A program made the translations under genes and the position numbers. The notes under the pieces are model-generated. The model was not told the origin of the DNA and ran no database searches. It was given only the letters and a program-made list of their open reading frames with translations. A stretch of 63,987 nucleotides of DNA, filler included, from Octopus bimaculoides (lineage: Eukaryota): NCBI RefSeq assembly GCF_001194135.2. It is 5 parts of 5 records of this genome, joined end to end, with 100 filler letters (N's around TTAATTAATTAA, not from the genome) between each part and the next. Parts side by side here need not be neighbours in the genome. Positions count along the whole stretch, not along the records: positions 1 to 23,323 come from NC_068987.1; positions 23,424 to 41,980 come from NC_068985.1; 3 more parts are not named here. One strand, given 5' to 3'. The first letter of the stretch is position 1. The number at the start of each line of letters is the position of its first letter. Below are positions 12,805-25,574 of the stretch, piece by piece.

Positions 12805-13315
12805 CCTTTAACCCTCCAACGTGGAGTATAGGCCACTTATAATTGAATTTCATGTCGCATAATTTCTCGCTTCTGTACTTATACTCTGCCATGAATGTCC
12901 CCCTTTCTCTAGTTCCTTTTGTGTTGATCTACGCCACGGGTTCTTAGGCCTACCCCTCTTTCTATATCCATCCGGATTCCACTGTAAAGCACTTTTTGCT
13001 GCATTTGGCACCAACGAAGATATTAAGACAAGAATAAGTAAGGCAAGGACCGCTTTCCACTTGTTAAAAAAATATGGGGCGCAAGTGTAATTTCTATAAA
13101 GAACAAAATAAGAATTTTTAACACTAACATAAAAGCGGTGTTATTGTATGGGGCTGAGACATGGAGAACAACAGTTAAGTCAAATAAGCAAATACAATCA
13201 TTCATCAACAGGTGCTTGCATAGTATACTTAAAAGCAGATGGCCCGTAACACATAAGCAATATGGAGCTATGGCAAAGAACGAATCAAGTTCCGATTAGA
13301 GAACAAATATTATGT
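12805..13315 (-). mobile_element. RTE LINE 3' end with an inverted 5' piece
   Basis: Minus 12810-13010 encodes ALQWNPDGYRKRGRPKNPWRR; plus 13010-13315 encodes DIKTRISKAR..VLLYGAETW..LWQRTNQVPI, the upstream part of the ORF. Confidence 0.8.
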
Positions 13316-13329
13316 TACATTGTATATTT

Positions 13330-14580
13330 ATTAATATTTATTGATTACTAAAATTTAGGGAACACATATTTTCCCACATGAACAGAAGAAATATTTTTCT
13401 CTTTTCGTAAGTTAAGTAGGGTATTCCTAGAAGTAAGAATTTTGAAGCTTCTGTGATACATAAATTGCATTTCTTGTTATTAATTGCAGAAGCAATAATA
13501 TATATTATTGCAGAAGCAATAATATCCCACTTAATTTCAAATTCAATGTTATTATCCTTCAATTCCTATATAAATTTGTTTAATCCGGTGGAGTTGATTT
13601 TCTGTTTATTTTCAAGAGATTGGAGATGGTTAGCCACCCGGGTCTTTACTTTATTTTCGGTAGAGTCGATATAAAAATATTTTTTCCAAGAGCTTCAATT
13701 ATGCATGGATAGGCTACATTTCGTCTCTTACATGAATTCTTAAATTTACAATTAGTTTTAACTTTACAGTCACAATTTTCATAAACGTTTTTATGTGTGT
13801 ATTTATTAGAAGACTTGATATTAAGAGAGTTAATATGGGTTATTCTACTTCCATCATAGGGAATTATGTGGCCGTTATTATTAGAGTTGGTGGAGTTTGG
13901 AAGATTGGTTTAAATTTAGGAGTATTGGTAGAATTGTTGTCATGGGTATTTCTATTGGTGTAGAGTTATTTTATTTTCTGATGTTAATTCATGATATAAT
14001 TATCAATAAGCTAGAAGTTAGGCTAGAGCCAATCCTGATGGTTTTGTGGTTATAATTTCATTGTATATATTATAAATGTTAAAATGTTTATGAATTGCCA
14101 TAAATATAGATTTAACAATGTTATTTTTAATTTGCATTGCATATGAAATAATTAACCAAATCTTATTAGATTTTTCAGGGTGACTATTATTTATAGGTGT
14201 GTTGTAGTCCCTTTTAGATTTATTAGAGCAAATGAAATAAGAATGTGGTTTAACATTATTATTCAGAGCATTATATGGATTAGCAGTGGTACTGATATTA
14301 GAGATAATAATTTGATTATTCATATCATTATGTTTATTAAATGTTCCTTTATCATTGTGGGGATAATTATAATTGTTAATTGATTGTTTGTTATTAATCA
14401 TGGGTTTATAAGATAATCTTATATTAGTTTTTCTTATATTATGTTTGCTGTTGCGAGGTTGATTTATATTAATTTTGGGTTTGTTATCATTATCAATCGA
14501 GGGTTTATAAATAGGTGGATTATTAATTATACATTTATTTTTACTTATATTTCCAGCAATAGTAGGATTATAAAACATTT
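13330..14580 (-). mobile_element. Decayed Penelope-like element C-terminal region (linker, CxC motif, GIY-YIG)
   Basis: KIWLIISY..IKNNIVK; NCDCKVKTNCKFKNSC; YIDSTENKVKTRVANH; IKWDII..KKCNLC. Related to the 39309-40064 element. Confidence 0.75.
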
Positions 14581-14900
14581 CAGCTTTATTTTTGCGCTTA
14601 ATTAGTTTTATCGTATTTATTAATGTTGTTTGGTCGTTGGTATTTTATTGTGATATCAAAGCAATTAGGTATGTCCTTTCTAGTCCAAAATTTATTGTCA
14701 AAGTTGATTATAGATTTACATCCGGACAGATAGACGATACAAAGACGAACAGGAAGAAAAAACAAGGACGGGCCATTTGTAGCCTTCTCTCATCAGTCAA
14801 GTTTCCAGATTATCCTTACAGTTTCAGCCAGTTACACTTGAGACTGTTCAAATCTGGCTGGCCCTAAAAATCTAAGTTATATGTACATACATACATGCAT

Positions 14901-14953
<53 letters not shown>

Positions 14954-14974
14954 TATATGTACATATACAAACAT

Positions 14975-15005
<31 letters not shown>

Positions 15006-15819
15006 NNNNNNNNNNNNNNNNNNNNNNNNNNNNNNNNNNNNNNNNNNNNNNNNNNNNNNNNNNNNNNNNNNNNNNNNNNNNNNNNNNNNNNNNNNNNNNN
15101 NNNNNNNNNNNNNNNNNNNNNNNNNNNNNNNNNNNNNNNNNNNNNNNNNNNNNNNNNNNNNNNNNNNNNNAGAAAAAAAAAATGAAAATGGAAGGACAAT
15201 ACTCTAAGGAGTGGTTAGAGAAAATTTAAGGTAAGGGAATTTAGGTCAAGGTATTGGAGAATTATATCTATTCCTCAGTATATTTAGAATAATACAACGA
15301 AACACTAAAGTATTAAATTTAAAACCATAGGGAGCATTAATAATTAAATTAGAACAGATCAAACATTTATAGTTAAAATAAGATATACATTAATGTGGGG
15401 TAGTAGAAGAGAGATATTATTTATAAGTAAAACCATAATATTAATGGCCAAAACCAGAACAAAGGGAAAGGTGGGGGGGGGAGAAGGAGGAGGGAAAAAA
15501 AGGGTGGGTGAGGAATAAAGTTAGAAAAACAGGACTAAATTAAGAGAATTAGAGCTAAGGTTTTCGAAAAAGTAAAATGTTAGAAGAGACTCAGAATTAC
15601 CTAGAGAAATGTAGGAATATTATCAGTGGGTTGGGAAAGGTTAAGATGTATTCTAAATTTATATTTAAAAGCTATAACTCAAATAAAATAGTTAATAGTC
15701 AGGGAAATGAGAGGAATTAAAATAATAAATTATTAGTAGGATTTACTTTTTAAAATATTTACTTTTTAAAATATTTAAAGGTGTGATTGTAACAATGTAC
15801 ACATAGAACCCTAAGGTCA

Positions 15820-16150
15820 GATCTATTGTTAAATAAATTTCCATAGAGCACAGTCCACAGCCATATCTACTATTTCTATAGGGTTGTGCTCTCCTGACGA
15901 TTTCTCATTTAAGATTAAAATCGATACCATTTTCCTTCAATTCCCAAATTTCATTAGATAATGATGTGCTATTGGCTTTATGTTTAAGTCTAAACGAGGA
16001 AAAATTATTGTATAATCGCTGTTTAAGATTGATTGTGCAACCAACATAAATGTAATTATTAGTTGGAGTAGCTACTGTACATTTATAGACCACATTACGG
16101 GTTAAACAACGGCCAGATACCGGGCAGTGGGTTTTAATTCTACAATTGCA
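15820..16150 (-). mobile_element. PLE GIY-YIG endonuclease fragment
   Basis: CNCRIKTHCPVSGRCLTRNVVYKC..YVGCT..LKQRLYN..STSLSNEIWELK..LK*EIVRRAQPY..CGLCSME. Confidence 0.8.
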
Positions 16151-16368
16151 ATTAAGGGGCTATTAGCTATATATATATTGCTATGTTAATTATTGATACA
16201 AGGCAGACCCACTCATTTATACAGACACATCCATACATGGATACTTACATGTGCATATGCACTTACATACACATGCTGATACACACACCCACACACACAT
16301 ATACATATTCATACATATCTACACCACCATACACCTGTATATATATACATATATACACACATACATAT

Positions 16369-16800
16369 ACAGGGTTATTCAAAAAGAATGAGGCAATTTC
16401 ATTACACAATATTTTAATAAAGAAAAGCAATTGAAAAGTCCAGCTAAATCACAAATATTTACTCATAATCAACTTTTATTTCTTGTCTTACAAATGTTCA
16501 ATGTGACCACCACCTGCAGCATGAGCAACATCAAGCCAATTAGAGAATTCCTCCCAGACACATGTCAGCATATCACAATCCACTGAGTTGATCGCTGTTG
16601 TTATTTGAGGTTAGTGGGTAGTAGTGGAACATAAACGCGATCCTCAATGACCTTAATGACCTTAAACATCGAATAACAACAGCGATCAACTCAGTGGATC
16701 ATGATATGCTGATACGCATCTGGGAGGAATTCTCGTATCACATTGATGTTGCCTGTGCTGCAGGTGGTGGCCACATTGAACACTTGTAAAACAGGAAATA
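16369..16800. mobile_element. Palindromic MITE-like element built from two inverted 3' ends of a Tc1/mariner-superfamily transposon
   Basis: About 16490-16615 is the reverse complement of about 16679-16790 (DMLIRIWEEFSYHIDV..GGHIEHL*). The left end is TACAGGGTTATTCAAAAAG. Confidence 0.65.
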
Positions 16801-16805
16801 AAAGC

Positions 16806-17195
16806 TGATTTAGCCCCACTGCGTGGCACCTTGGGAAAGAGTCTTCTACTACAGCCTTAGGTGACCAAAGCCTTGTGAGTGGATTTGGTAGGTGGAAACT
16901 GAAAAGAAGCATGTCACATATATATATATATGTGGTGGGGGGAGGTATGTGTGTATATATGTATGTATATATTCATGTGTGTGTCTCTGTGTTTGTCTTC
17001 CCCCAGCATCACTTGACAACCAATGCTGGTGCGTTTATGTCCCTGTAACTTAGCAGTTCATCAAACAGACCAAAAGAATAAGTACGAGGCTTACAACGAA
17101 TAAGTTCTGGGTTTGATTTGTTTGACTAAAACCCTTTGATGAGGTGCTCTAGCATGGCCGCAGTCAAATGACTGAAACAAGTAGAATAAAAGCAA
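16806..17195 (+). mobile_element. SINE family 'A' copy
   Basis: GCGTGGCACCTTGGG..GGATTTGGTAG..GCATGGCCGCAGTCAAATGACTGAAACAAG. Confidence 0.85.
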
Positions 17196-17444
17196 AAAGA
17201 ATATGTATTTATGTGTGTACATGTATATGAAAGATAATTAGTGTATTTTGTGTGAGAGTGTTCAGTTTTATGCATGTGTGCATGTATATATTAATAGAAG
17301 TGAAATTCTGACTTAAAAGCATTTGGGTTGCTATTTCTAGCAGGTGTAGCAACTGTGAGAGGTTTCAAAGCCATAGTATTACTGAGATAGGTGAAAAAGA
17401 GTTACCTTCCATAAATTAAAGTTTTACTAAGGAATTTCGTAGTT

Positions 17445-17640
17445 CTTTTATCTTTTTCAGTCATCAGACTGCAGCCATACTGGAGCACAACCTTCAAGAA
17501 TTTTAATTGAACAAATCGACACCAGTTCTTTCTTTTTTATGTCTGACATTTTTTTTTATTGGCCTCTTTTACCAGACCACTAAGTTACATGAACGCAAAC
17601 ACACCAATACCAGTTATCAAGTGGTAGTAGGGGGGGGGGG
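17445..17640 (-). mobile_element. SINE family 'A' partial, diverged copy
   Basis: TTCAGTCATCAGACTGCAGCCATACTGGAGCAC.. is the reverse complement of the 3' half of 16806-17195. Confidence 0.7.
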
Positions 17641-17661
17641 CAAGCACAGCCATTAAGCCAC

Positions 17662-17714
<53 letters not shown>

Positions 17715-17789
17715 TTATGTTCTATTAGTAATGACTACTGAGTTTCTTAACTCCTTGGATCCTCCTGGAATGTGTTCTCACAAACTGAC

Positions 17790-18330
17790 ATTGAAGAAAT
17801 GAGTTCCAATTGTGCTTTTGAGAAATCTGGACCCCACAAAGCTGTGCAATGGAACAAGACTAATTGTCATGCAAATGCATCTACATCTTTTGGAAGCACA
17901 GTCCTCACTGGACAAGGAAAGGGAGAACATGTATTTATTCCAAGAATTCCACTGATTCCAGCAGAAATGCCCTTTGAATTGAAGACACTTCAATTTCCAG
18001 TAAAAGTTAGTTTTGCACTATCAATTAACAAGAGTCAAGGACAATTGTTGGACTTTGCAGCAGTGCTTTTCCCATGTCAGCTCTATGTTGATTGTTCCAG
18101 AGTTGGAAATGGCAACAATTCTTCATACTCACACCAAATGGTAAAACCAAGAATGTTGTTTATCCTGCTGCTTTACAGTGATCTCCAAATGTGATACACT
18201 GTGATATAAACCTGAAATGGTAGGATACCAATAAATGCTTTATTATTATTGTTCTCTTTAGTTTTGGGGCCACAGGCTCATTTAGCGCTCCACAGGAGCT
18301 AGCTTAAAAGTCCGCACAGAGTGCGGAATT
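17790..18330 (+). mobile_element. Helitron PIF1-helicase C-terminal fragment
   Basis: VFIPRIPLIP..PFELKTLQFPVKVSFALSINKSQGQ..QLYVDCSRVG; hairpin TCCGCAC-AGA-GTGCGGA at 18311-18327 (no terminal CTAG seen). Confidence 0.85.
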
Positions 18331-18510
18331 TTAATGGCAAATAGCAAAACACTCATGGACTTCAAAGGCAAATATTGGCTTCAACAGAACATGATAACAG
18401 AAGTAAATAAGTAAAAATACTTTACAGAAATTGCTGAACAAATAGATATTAATCGACTGCGAATTTTAGTACTCTTGCTACTTTCATCAGAAGAATGTCA
18501 TATGTGTATA

Positions 18511-18562
<52 letters not shown>

Positions 18563-18858
18563 TCATACATACACACACACACACATATCTGCATGCACAA
18601 GTATAATTACATATGCAATAACTGTGACAAAGATTGGAGAATACAAATACAAAAGCTATTAGAGATATAGGGGGACAGCATTTTCCCAGCAGTGAATAAA
18701 TGGAATCCATTTATACAGAAATAAGAGAGATAAGAGGGATGCATTTACTCAGTAATGAGGTGAGAGATATGCATTTGCACAGCAGTGTGAGAGCAATGGT
18801 TGAATTGAAGCCAAAACTTTAATTTTATTGATCATTTTCTTTTTTCTTCTCTGCTTAG

Positions 18859-18998
18859 ATTTATGATAAAATTCGTCAATCTGAACAGAAATTCAAAGTT
18901 GCACTTGAAGTCCTTTCTTATCACAATCAATGTACTGATGATGAATATCAGCAAGTGAAGTCAATGATAGATTCCTGTTGTCTGCTTGAGCTTTCTGA
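18859..18998 (+). CDS. PDE10A: Internal exon of the PDE10A-like gene (helical linker from GAF-B toward the catalytic domain)
   Basis: T/C tract + TAG ends at 18858, GTAAGT at 18999; 140 nt, phase 0/2. IYDKIRQSEQKFKVALEVLSYHNQCTDDEYQQVKSMIDSCCLLELS continues in frame and resembles PDE10 MYHRIRHSE..YRVTMEKLSYH. Confidence 0.88.
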
Positions 18999-19635
18999 GT
19001 AAGTATGTTAACATAAATAAACCTAGAACACTACGAAACTGTGTAGATAAAATAACTGTGTGTAATTTTATTTTGTGTCTTCCTGAAAGCATTGAGTCAT
19101 AATTTCAATGTCATTATTTTTACATGAAGACAAAAGATATTTTTGAAAAGAAATAAAACTCTTTGTTTTGCATCAGCATTTAAAAAATCCAATAAGATTC
19201 ATAAATTATATATTCAAAGTATGATTCTGCTGAAAGCATCAGAAATCACTTCTCTTCAGTGTGTATGAACTCTGGCACAGATTACATATCTAGTTGTTTT
19301 TGTTATTTAAGCCAGTCTATGAACAGCAATACACTTAGCTTTCAACAACCCAGGTTACTGAGCTTTAAGTGAGTACCACTAGATGAAAATATTCATAGCT
19401 ATGAGCAGCAATATTCTTATAAAAGTAGTAAACCTTTGATTAACTTGCAGGGTCTTTCTGTGCATTTGAAGTCCATGACAACAGTACACCTCTCTTTTCA
19501 ATTCCTATTCTCCAACTCTCCACAACTATCATCACAACCATAAACAATTCTGCCATGCCGCCTGGTCATTACCACTTCTGCCAAAGTTAGCAACATCACC
19601 ATTATTACCATTATTCAATGTATTGTTATTATTAA

Positions 19636-20050
19636 GGCTGTGAGCTGGCAGAATCATTAGAACGCCAGGCAAAATGCTTAGCAGCATTTCATCTGTCTTT
19701 ATGTTCTGAATTCAAACACTGAGGTTGATTTTGCCTTTCATCCTTTCAGTTAAGTACTGGGGTCGATGTAATTTACTATTCCCCTCCCCCAAATTTCAGG
19801 CCTTGTGCCTATAGTAGAAAGGATTATTATTATTATTAACGCAGTGAGCTGGTAGAATTGTCAGCACACCAGGCAATGTGCTTAACGGCATTTCATCTGT
19901 TGCTACGTTCTGAGTTCAAATTCTGCCAAGTAGACTTTACCTTTCATCCTTTCAGGATCAATAAATCAAGTACCAGTCAAACACTGAGGTCAATATAATC
20001 GACTTGTCCCCTCCCACCAAAATTCAGGTCTTGTACTTTCAGTAGAAAAG
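19636..20050 (+). mobile_element. Two tandem SINE family 'C' copies (plus a small inverted piece at about 20060-20120)
   Basis: GAGCTGG(C/T)AGAAT..GCTTA..GCATTTCATCTG..GTTCTGA.TTCAAA..CCTTTCATCCTTTC..CCCTCCC..AAATT, twice. Confidence 0.8.
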
Positions 20051-20129
20051 GATTCATCAAGGCCTGAAATTTTGAGGAGGGGCTAGTTGATTACATCAAC
20101 CCCAGTACTCAACTGGTACTTATGTCGAT

Positions 20130-20997
20130 TATCATGCAAGTATTTTTCTTTTTTGTTCACCACTACAATGTCAGGTTTCTGATGTCTGATCTAATGGTCA
20201 CTCTGGGTCATTGCATCCACAGGATTTTGTAGTCTTCATTTTCAGTAACTCCTTCTGGGATTTGGTCATACTGTACCTTTGCTCTTTGTAGGCCATGATT
20301 TCCACAAAACTCCCAATGGATCATTCTTGCTACATTGTCATATCAACTTTTTTAATTGCATTGTGCCAGTTTCAGGGTTAGGGTTAGGGTTAGGCTAACA
20401 ATGTCATACCATTTCACCTCTCTCACCACAAATTTTGCATTTGTTGCTCTCAGTTGTGTTGTCAATCCTGCACTTCATATAGTTCATTCTTAACGCTTGT
20501 TTTTGTGCCATGCTTATAAATGCAACTGACTTTATCTTCAGGTCACTCCTCTGCATCCATAACCACCAGTCTTTGGTATCTGTCTTTGCCTTCATATCTC
20601 TTTCAAACTGACCATACTTTTTTTCCCTTCCATGCTATTTCTGTTTTTTGAGTTCTCCTCTTCGAGTTTTTCTTTCTTTACTCAATTATCATTTTTGATG
20701 ATATCAGACTTCTACACGTGCTTCAGCAATGGTTCCATGGCATTTTTACATACTACCTTAAACCGTATTTACTGCTGGACTTTTATTTCATCCAGTCAAT
20801 TTTGAGTGCAACACCAATCTTAGTCTTCAGAAGTATTCTTTCCTCAGCTGTTTTTTCATTTCTTTCTCCATGATTTCAGTGAACTCTAGTATGCCAAGGT
20901 ATTTATAACTCTCCTTTTCAATTTGTTTAATCACTTCTCTATTAGATAATTCTTTCCCAGTCAGGGACTGTACCTTGCTTCTTTTCAGGTTAATTTA

Positions 20998-21049
<52 letters not shown>

Positions 21050-22200
21050 ATTAGCTTGAGAGGCTTTCAGTTGTATTCGTTGTTTCAATTGTTCCTTGAT
21101 TGCAGGGAGACTTATAAAATCTTTGATTTAATATTTTTGCTTGATTTTTCTGGCTCGTTTCGTCTTAACGTTTACTCCTCTTGCAAGTTCATGGAGAACT
21201 GATACATCTGCCTGTAGAGATTCGATCTCTTTTTGTATTGCCACTTTCCACTTAGGAAGTATATTTACATGGTTGGTCCTTTTCTGTGTCGTCCTGATAC
21301 TTAGTTGAGCAGTTACAACTTTAACAGTGGAATAGATGAAGTTATTTAAGGTTGTTTGGTCATTTCCATTATTACTTAAGATCTGTCTAAGAGCATCTTT
21401 ATATTTCATGATTATGTTGTTTTTTATGCTGTTTGAGAACTTTACCAGTGGTTCTCTATTGATGATGTCAGTAGACTCAGTCTTGCTGAGTTCTCTGATA
21501 ATATTGCCTTTTGCTTCTGTGATCCCTTTATTATTCACCTCAAATTCTGTGTCACACTTATTCTGGTGTTCTTGAGGGAGGTCTACTTTCTCTTTTTCTG
21601 CATATCTGTTCTTCGTTAGTCTTTCTTCAGCTTCCTCTTTGGGATGTACTGCTCATACACTGGTTTCTGTGCATCTGTCACCTATTTTATCTGTATTGTT
21701 GCTATTTTCATTCGGTCTACCATGAGATATTTGTGTCCTAATTTGACTAATTTCAGTGTCAGTTAACCTTTTATTCTTAATGATGTCTCTACATGCATTA
21801 CTTAGTTTATTTGCATCTATATATCTGCGTACTTCATTGCCTACTAAGTTTCTCCATGAAATGTCAGTTTGTACTATGCGGTCATTGTTTGGGTTTAGAT
21901 GACCTGTATAGAAAGCTTTCAACACATCTCTATAATCCTCTCTAGTCCATTTTACGCATTTTGCTTTAGGTGATGTTTTTGGTGGTGTCACTACAGGCCT
22001 ATTGTTAGGGTTATCCTGGAGCTGGTTATTTAGTAGATCGTTTTTTAGAGAGTTTATTCCAGCAGCAGACCCCAGTCTGGTTCCCCACTGAGTAACACAG
22101 TCTTTGTTGTCCCAGGTAGTGACCGATCCAGTGTGAATTTTGGCCCGACACTGCTCCCTTGTTCTTCGAATGGATATATATACCATACCGTAGGCTGATA
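20130..22200 (-). mobile_element. Decayed R4/Dong-like (RLE-type) non-LTR retrotransposon pieces
   Basis: N-terminal KWTREDY..; PKWKVAIQKEIESL; post-RT W.WMQRSDLK..AQKQALR.NY.KCRI..KCKICGE Zn-knuckle region; an internal (TAA)n at about 20995-21048 separates the pieces. Confidence 0.75.
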
Positions 22201-22713
22201 GGTCGAAAATTGCCTCTTTTTTTTTTTATAGCTATGTTTCCCGGCATAACTGTTTGGTTATGTTTTAAACTGACTAATTTGCTTTTTTTTATACGTTTGT
22301 GGAAAGTCACCTTATTTTTGTTTGTATTCAGTACGGCATCGCTCGTAACACATGATTTTTCTTTTATTTTCTGTGTCATGTAGTCATTATTCCTGTTGCT
22401 TATAAATATGTACATGGATGTGTGGACAGTTGCATGTATAGTTAGCTATTCAAATTACATACTTACTGTGTAAGTGGTGTTTTTCTAGATTTCCTGGTGC
22501 TAGATTTGACTTCTTGTGTATCTTGCATTGAGGTATCATGCATTTAAGAAAGAAACTACCCTTTATATGACAAAAAATCTTTCTGGTTCCTCTGCTTTAA
22601 CAGAACTTTTCCCACAGTTGTATTGCAAAGTTTTCCTTCCATTGCACCGATGTTATTAGATTGAGTTTGTTTTGTGGAGAGAGCTTCTTAGAGTATGTCC
22701 ATGTTGTTATTTA

Positions 22714-22744
<31 letters not shown>

Positions 22745-23051
22745 ATTGTTATTATCATTATTATTATTCAACATTTGGTAGTTTCAGGCAAATTTCTACT
22801 GTATCACCTGCTACACCTCCATGTTGCTAGAGTGTGTGCAGTATTGTGTGTTGTTTTTTTGTCGTTGGTATTATTTTACATCAGTTTCTTTTCTTTTTAT
22901 GGAGTGTGGTGCAGCTTTTTCTTGTATTAGTGTTTATATTGTATGCTGTGTGTGTAATGCATTGGGTACCTAGCCTGCTGGTGGTAGTTTATGTTATTGG
23001 ATATTTGCTATATAGAGTGCCTTGCATTTGTGGATTGTTTTGTTTAGGCTG

Positions 23052-23320
23052 TGTGGTGTGATGGAGGAAAAAGACAACAAGAAGCAAAAGGACAGAATGA
23101 AACGTTGGACCTTACCTTGTCGACCGCAGCGGAGTACACAATCGCTCCTGATCAAAACACGTCTTTCTCGTAACCTCTCTGTTTTCTGACTGACGCACGT
23201 GCTAGCCTTCGACCGCGTGTGGCCGACTTCCGGTCTGACCCTTCCGGTCTGGCTTCACTTCTGTTTGCCTCACCTCTCTCCACCAACAACACACAGCTCA
23301 TCACAGCCCATAACACCACA
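23052..23320 (-). mobile_element. Solo LTR of a Gypsy-like element
   Basis: TGTGGTGT...ACACCACA termini; left flank GGCTG and right flank GGC (then gap), consistent with a 5-bp TSD; similar to 41423-41679. Confidence 0.8.
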
Positions 23321-23323
23321 GGC

Positions 23324-23423
23324 NNNNNNNNNNNNNNNNNNNNNNNNNNNNNNNNNNNNNNNNNNNNTTAATTAATTAANNNNNNNNNNNNNNNNNNNNN
23401 NNNNNNNNNNNNNNNNNNNNNNN
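23324..23423. other. Artificial scaffold spacer (N44-TTAATTAATTAA-N44)
   Basis: Exactly 100 bp; palindromic six-frame-stop 12-mer at 23368-23379. Confidence 0.97.
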
Positions 23424-23487
23424 AGCTACTAACAGTTGAGGGTTGCGTAGTCTAGACGGCGTTTTTAGATTTCATTATTCTCTTTAA

Positions 23488-23515
23488 CCCGGGCAACGCC
23501 GGGTATTTCTGCTAG
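23488..23515 (+). mobile_element. Helitron 3' terminus
   Basis: Hairpin CCCGG-GCAACG-CCGGG, then 8 nt and CTAG|T. Confidence 0.75.
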
Positions 23516-24554
23516 TAATATATAAATATATGCATACATATATGTACATACCTACATATATATGTATATATACACGCATATATGGGTACAGAACATCAAA
23601 AAACGTTGAACACAATGAGTATTTACAGAAGTGAATAATAATATTAAAAAAAGGTAAAGAAAAAAAAAGCAAATTTGAATTTTAACCTTTGTCCGCAAAA
23701 ATAGTGACATGTATGGATAAGCGTACCATAGTGTAAAAGTGCAGAAGTTGCTCTCGCCTAAACCCGCCGGCATTTGCTGTTTCATTAAATTCTGTTTCTC
23801 TGAATCCCAAAGATATTTTTCACTTCTGTCTCACGATTTTGGCATTTGCTGTTTCACTCAATTACCGAAAATCCCAAAGAATATTCTCCTCGTGATGTAT
23901 TTACTGCTTGTCCACCTCACTCTCTCTCTCTTCGATTTTACCACCCGGTTCACCAACTCTCCTCACCTTTAACCCTAACTCTGTATAAACCAGCTCAATG
24001 CTCTGCTTCCTCTAATAGAGTTTGAATTCCTCTGCTGATAGAATACGAAATTCAGAAGATGAACAGATAAGAATTTTATCATTTCAACCTCGTTCATGTA
24101 CTCCTGTTTCTGCGTTGATCATAACCCTATCAACCCCCACCTCCTGTTCGTTCTTTATTATCTATCTATTTCTTTACCATGTAAATATAGCCTGATAGAT
24201 TCGTCTTCCTTGTTTGTCTTACGTTCACGCATATCCGTTAATTGTCATATTTTATTTATTTTATTCAAGTTTAGCACTTCGTTACTTCATTCTCTCTAAA
24301 TTTGTCTACTATAGTGCAGAAGTTGCTCTCACCTAAACTTGCTGGCTCGTGGTACGCCTGCCCCCTCCACCTTTACCGGAAGTTCCTATCCTCTGTCATC
24401 CTTGGTTCTCTCCTGCGAACACTTCTAAGGGCCTAATGCCATACCCACCACCCCAACCCAGGGTTTATCGATCATATAGCGCATAAAAATGGTGTAGTGT
24501 ATGTAGGTTATTGTTTGTTTATGAATTCTGCCAAACGCAAGCTTACTTTTCAGG

Positions 24555-25545
24555 TACATGACACTGCTGTCCCTCATCCCAGGGTCTCACAGGCCCACAC
24601 CCTCAGAGTTGGCACACTCAATGTTGGCACATTGAAAAGTAGGTCTGGTGAGATTGTTGGGATGCTTGAATAGAGACATGTAGATTTCTACTGCATCCAA
24701 GAAGCAAGGTGGAGAGGAGGTTCCGCTAGGTTCCTCACAGGCAAAGAACACAGGTACAAGATTTTCTGGGCAGGGAATACTTACGGAGTCGGGGGCGTGG
24801 GTATACTTCTTGCGGAGAAATGGGTTGATAAGGTAATCGAGGTAGTCAGAGTATGTAACAGAGTACTTAAGATTAGATTAGTGCTTCATCATAGGTTAAC
24901 TACCGTTATCTCGGCCTATGCCCCTCTACCGGATGGGCAAAAAGACCAATTTTATGACACCCTATTGCAGACTACCTCGTTGACAAATGACAGGAATCTT
25001 CTCTTTGTAGCTGGTGATTTCAAAGCACATGTTGGACAGCATGCAGGGGGCTTCCATGGCGTACATGGAGGCTATGGCTTTGGTTCCTGCAATGAGGAAG
25101 AAACCAGACTGCTGGAGTTCTGCGATGCAAATGATCTTATGGTTTGCAATACCAACTTCAGGAAACCTGCCTGTCACCTAGTCACCTAGTCACCTACCGT
25201 TCCGACAGACACACTAGGCAAATTGACTACATCCTCGCCAGAAAAAGGGAAAGATGGCTGCTTATAAATGCCGAAACCTTCCCAGGCAAAGAATGTACCC
25301 CTCAACACAGATTAGTAGTTAGTGACTTTGGGATCAGGGCTACCTGGATGCCCAGAAATAGACCGGCTTGGAGGAGAAGGGTCTGGAAGCTTAAAGATCC
25401 TGCAAATGGACAGAGATTTAGAGATGTGTTACTCGAAGCCTTCAACGAAATAGAAGGGGATATAGCATAACATAATGTGGAAGACAACTGGAGGTTTCTA
25501 CAGGACAACTTGCTGAGAGCCACTGACCAGACCTGTGGATGGTGC
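24555..25545 (+). mobile_element. RTE LINE APE-domain fragment
   Basis: LRVGTLNVGTL..; GILLAEKWVDKVIEV..VAGDF..GYGFG..N.E..RLLEFC..NTNFRKP..QIDYIL. Confidence 0.88.
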
Positions 25546-25574
25546 AAATTTATTTTTACTCTTAAATTTATTAC

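Noticed and set aside
15845-15935. Hairpin followed by CTGACGA resembling a hammerhead
   Set aside because: Spacing is wrong and GAAA is missing; the sequence is antisense PLE GIY-YIG coding DNA.
19000-23323. Next PDE exon
   Set aside because: No AG-flanked phase-2 open segment with PDE similarity was found; the candidate at about 19451 hits a stop.
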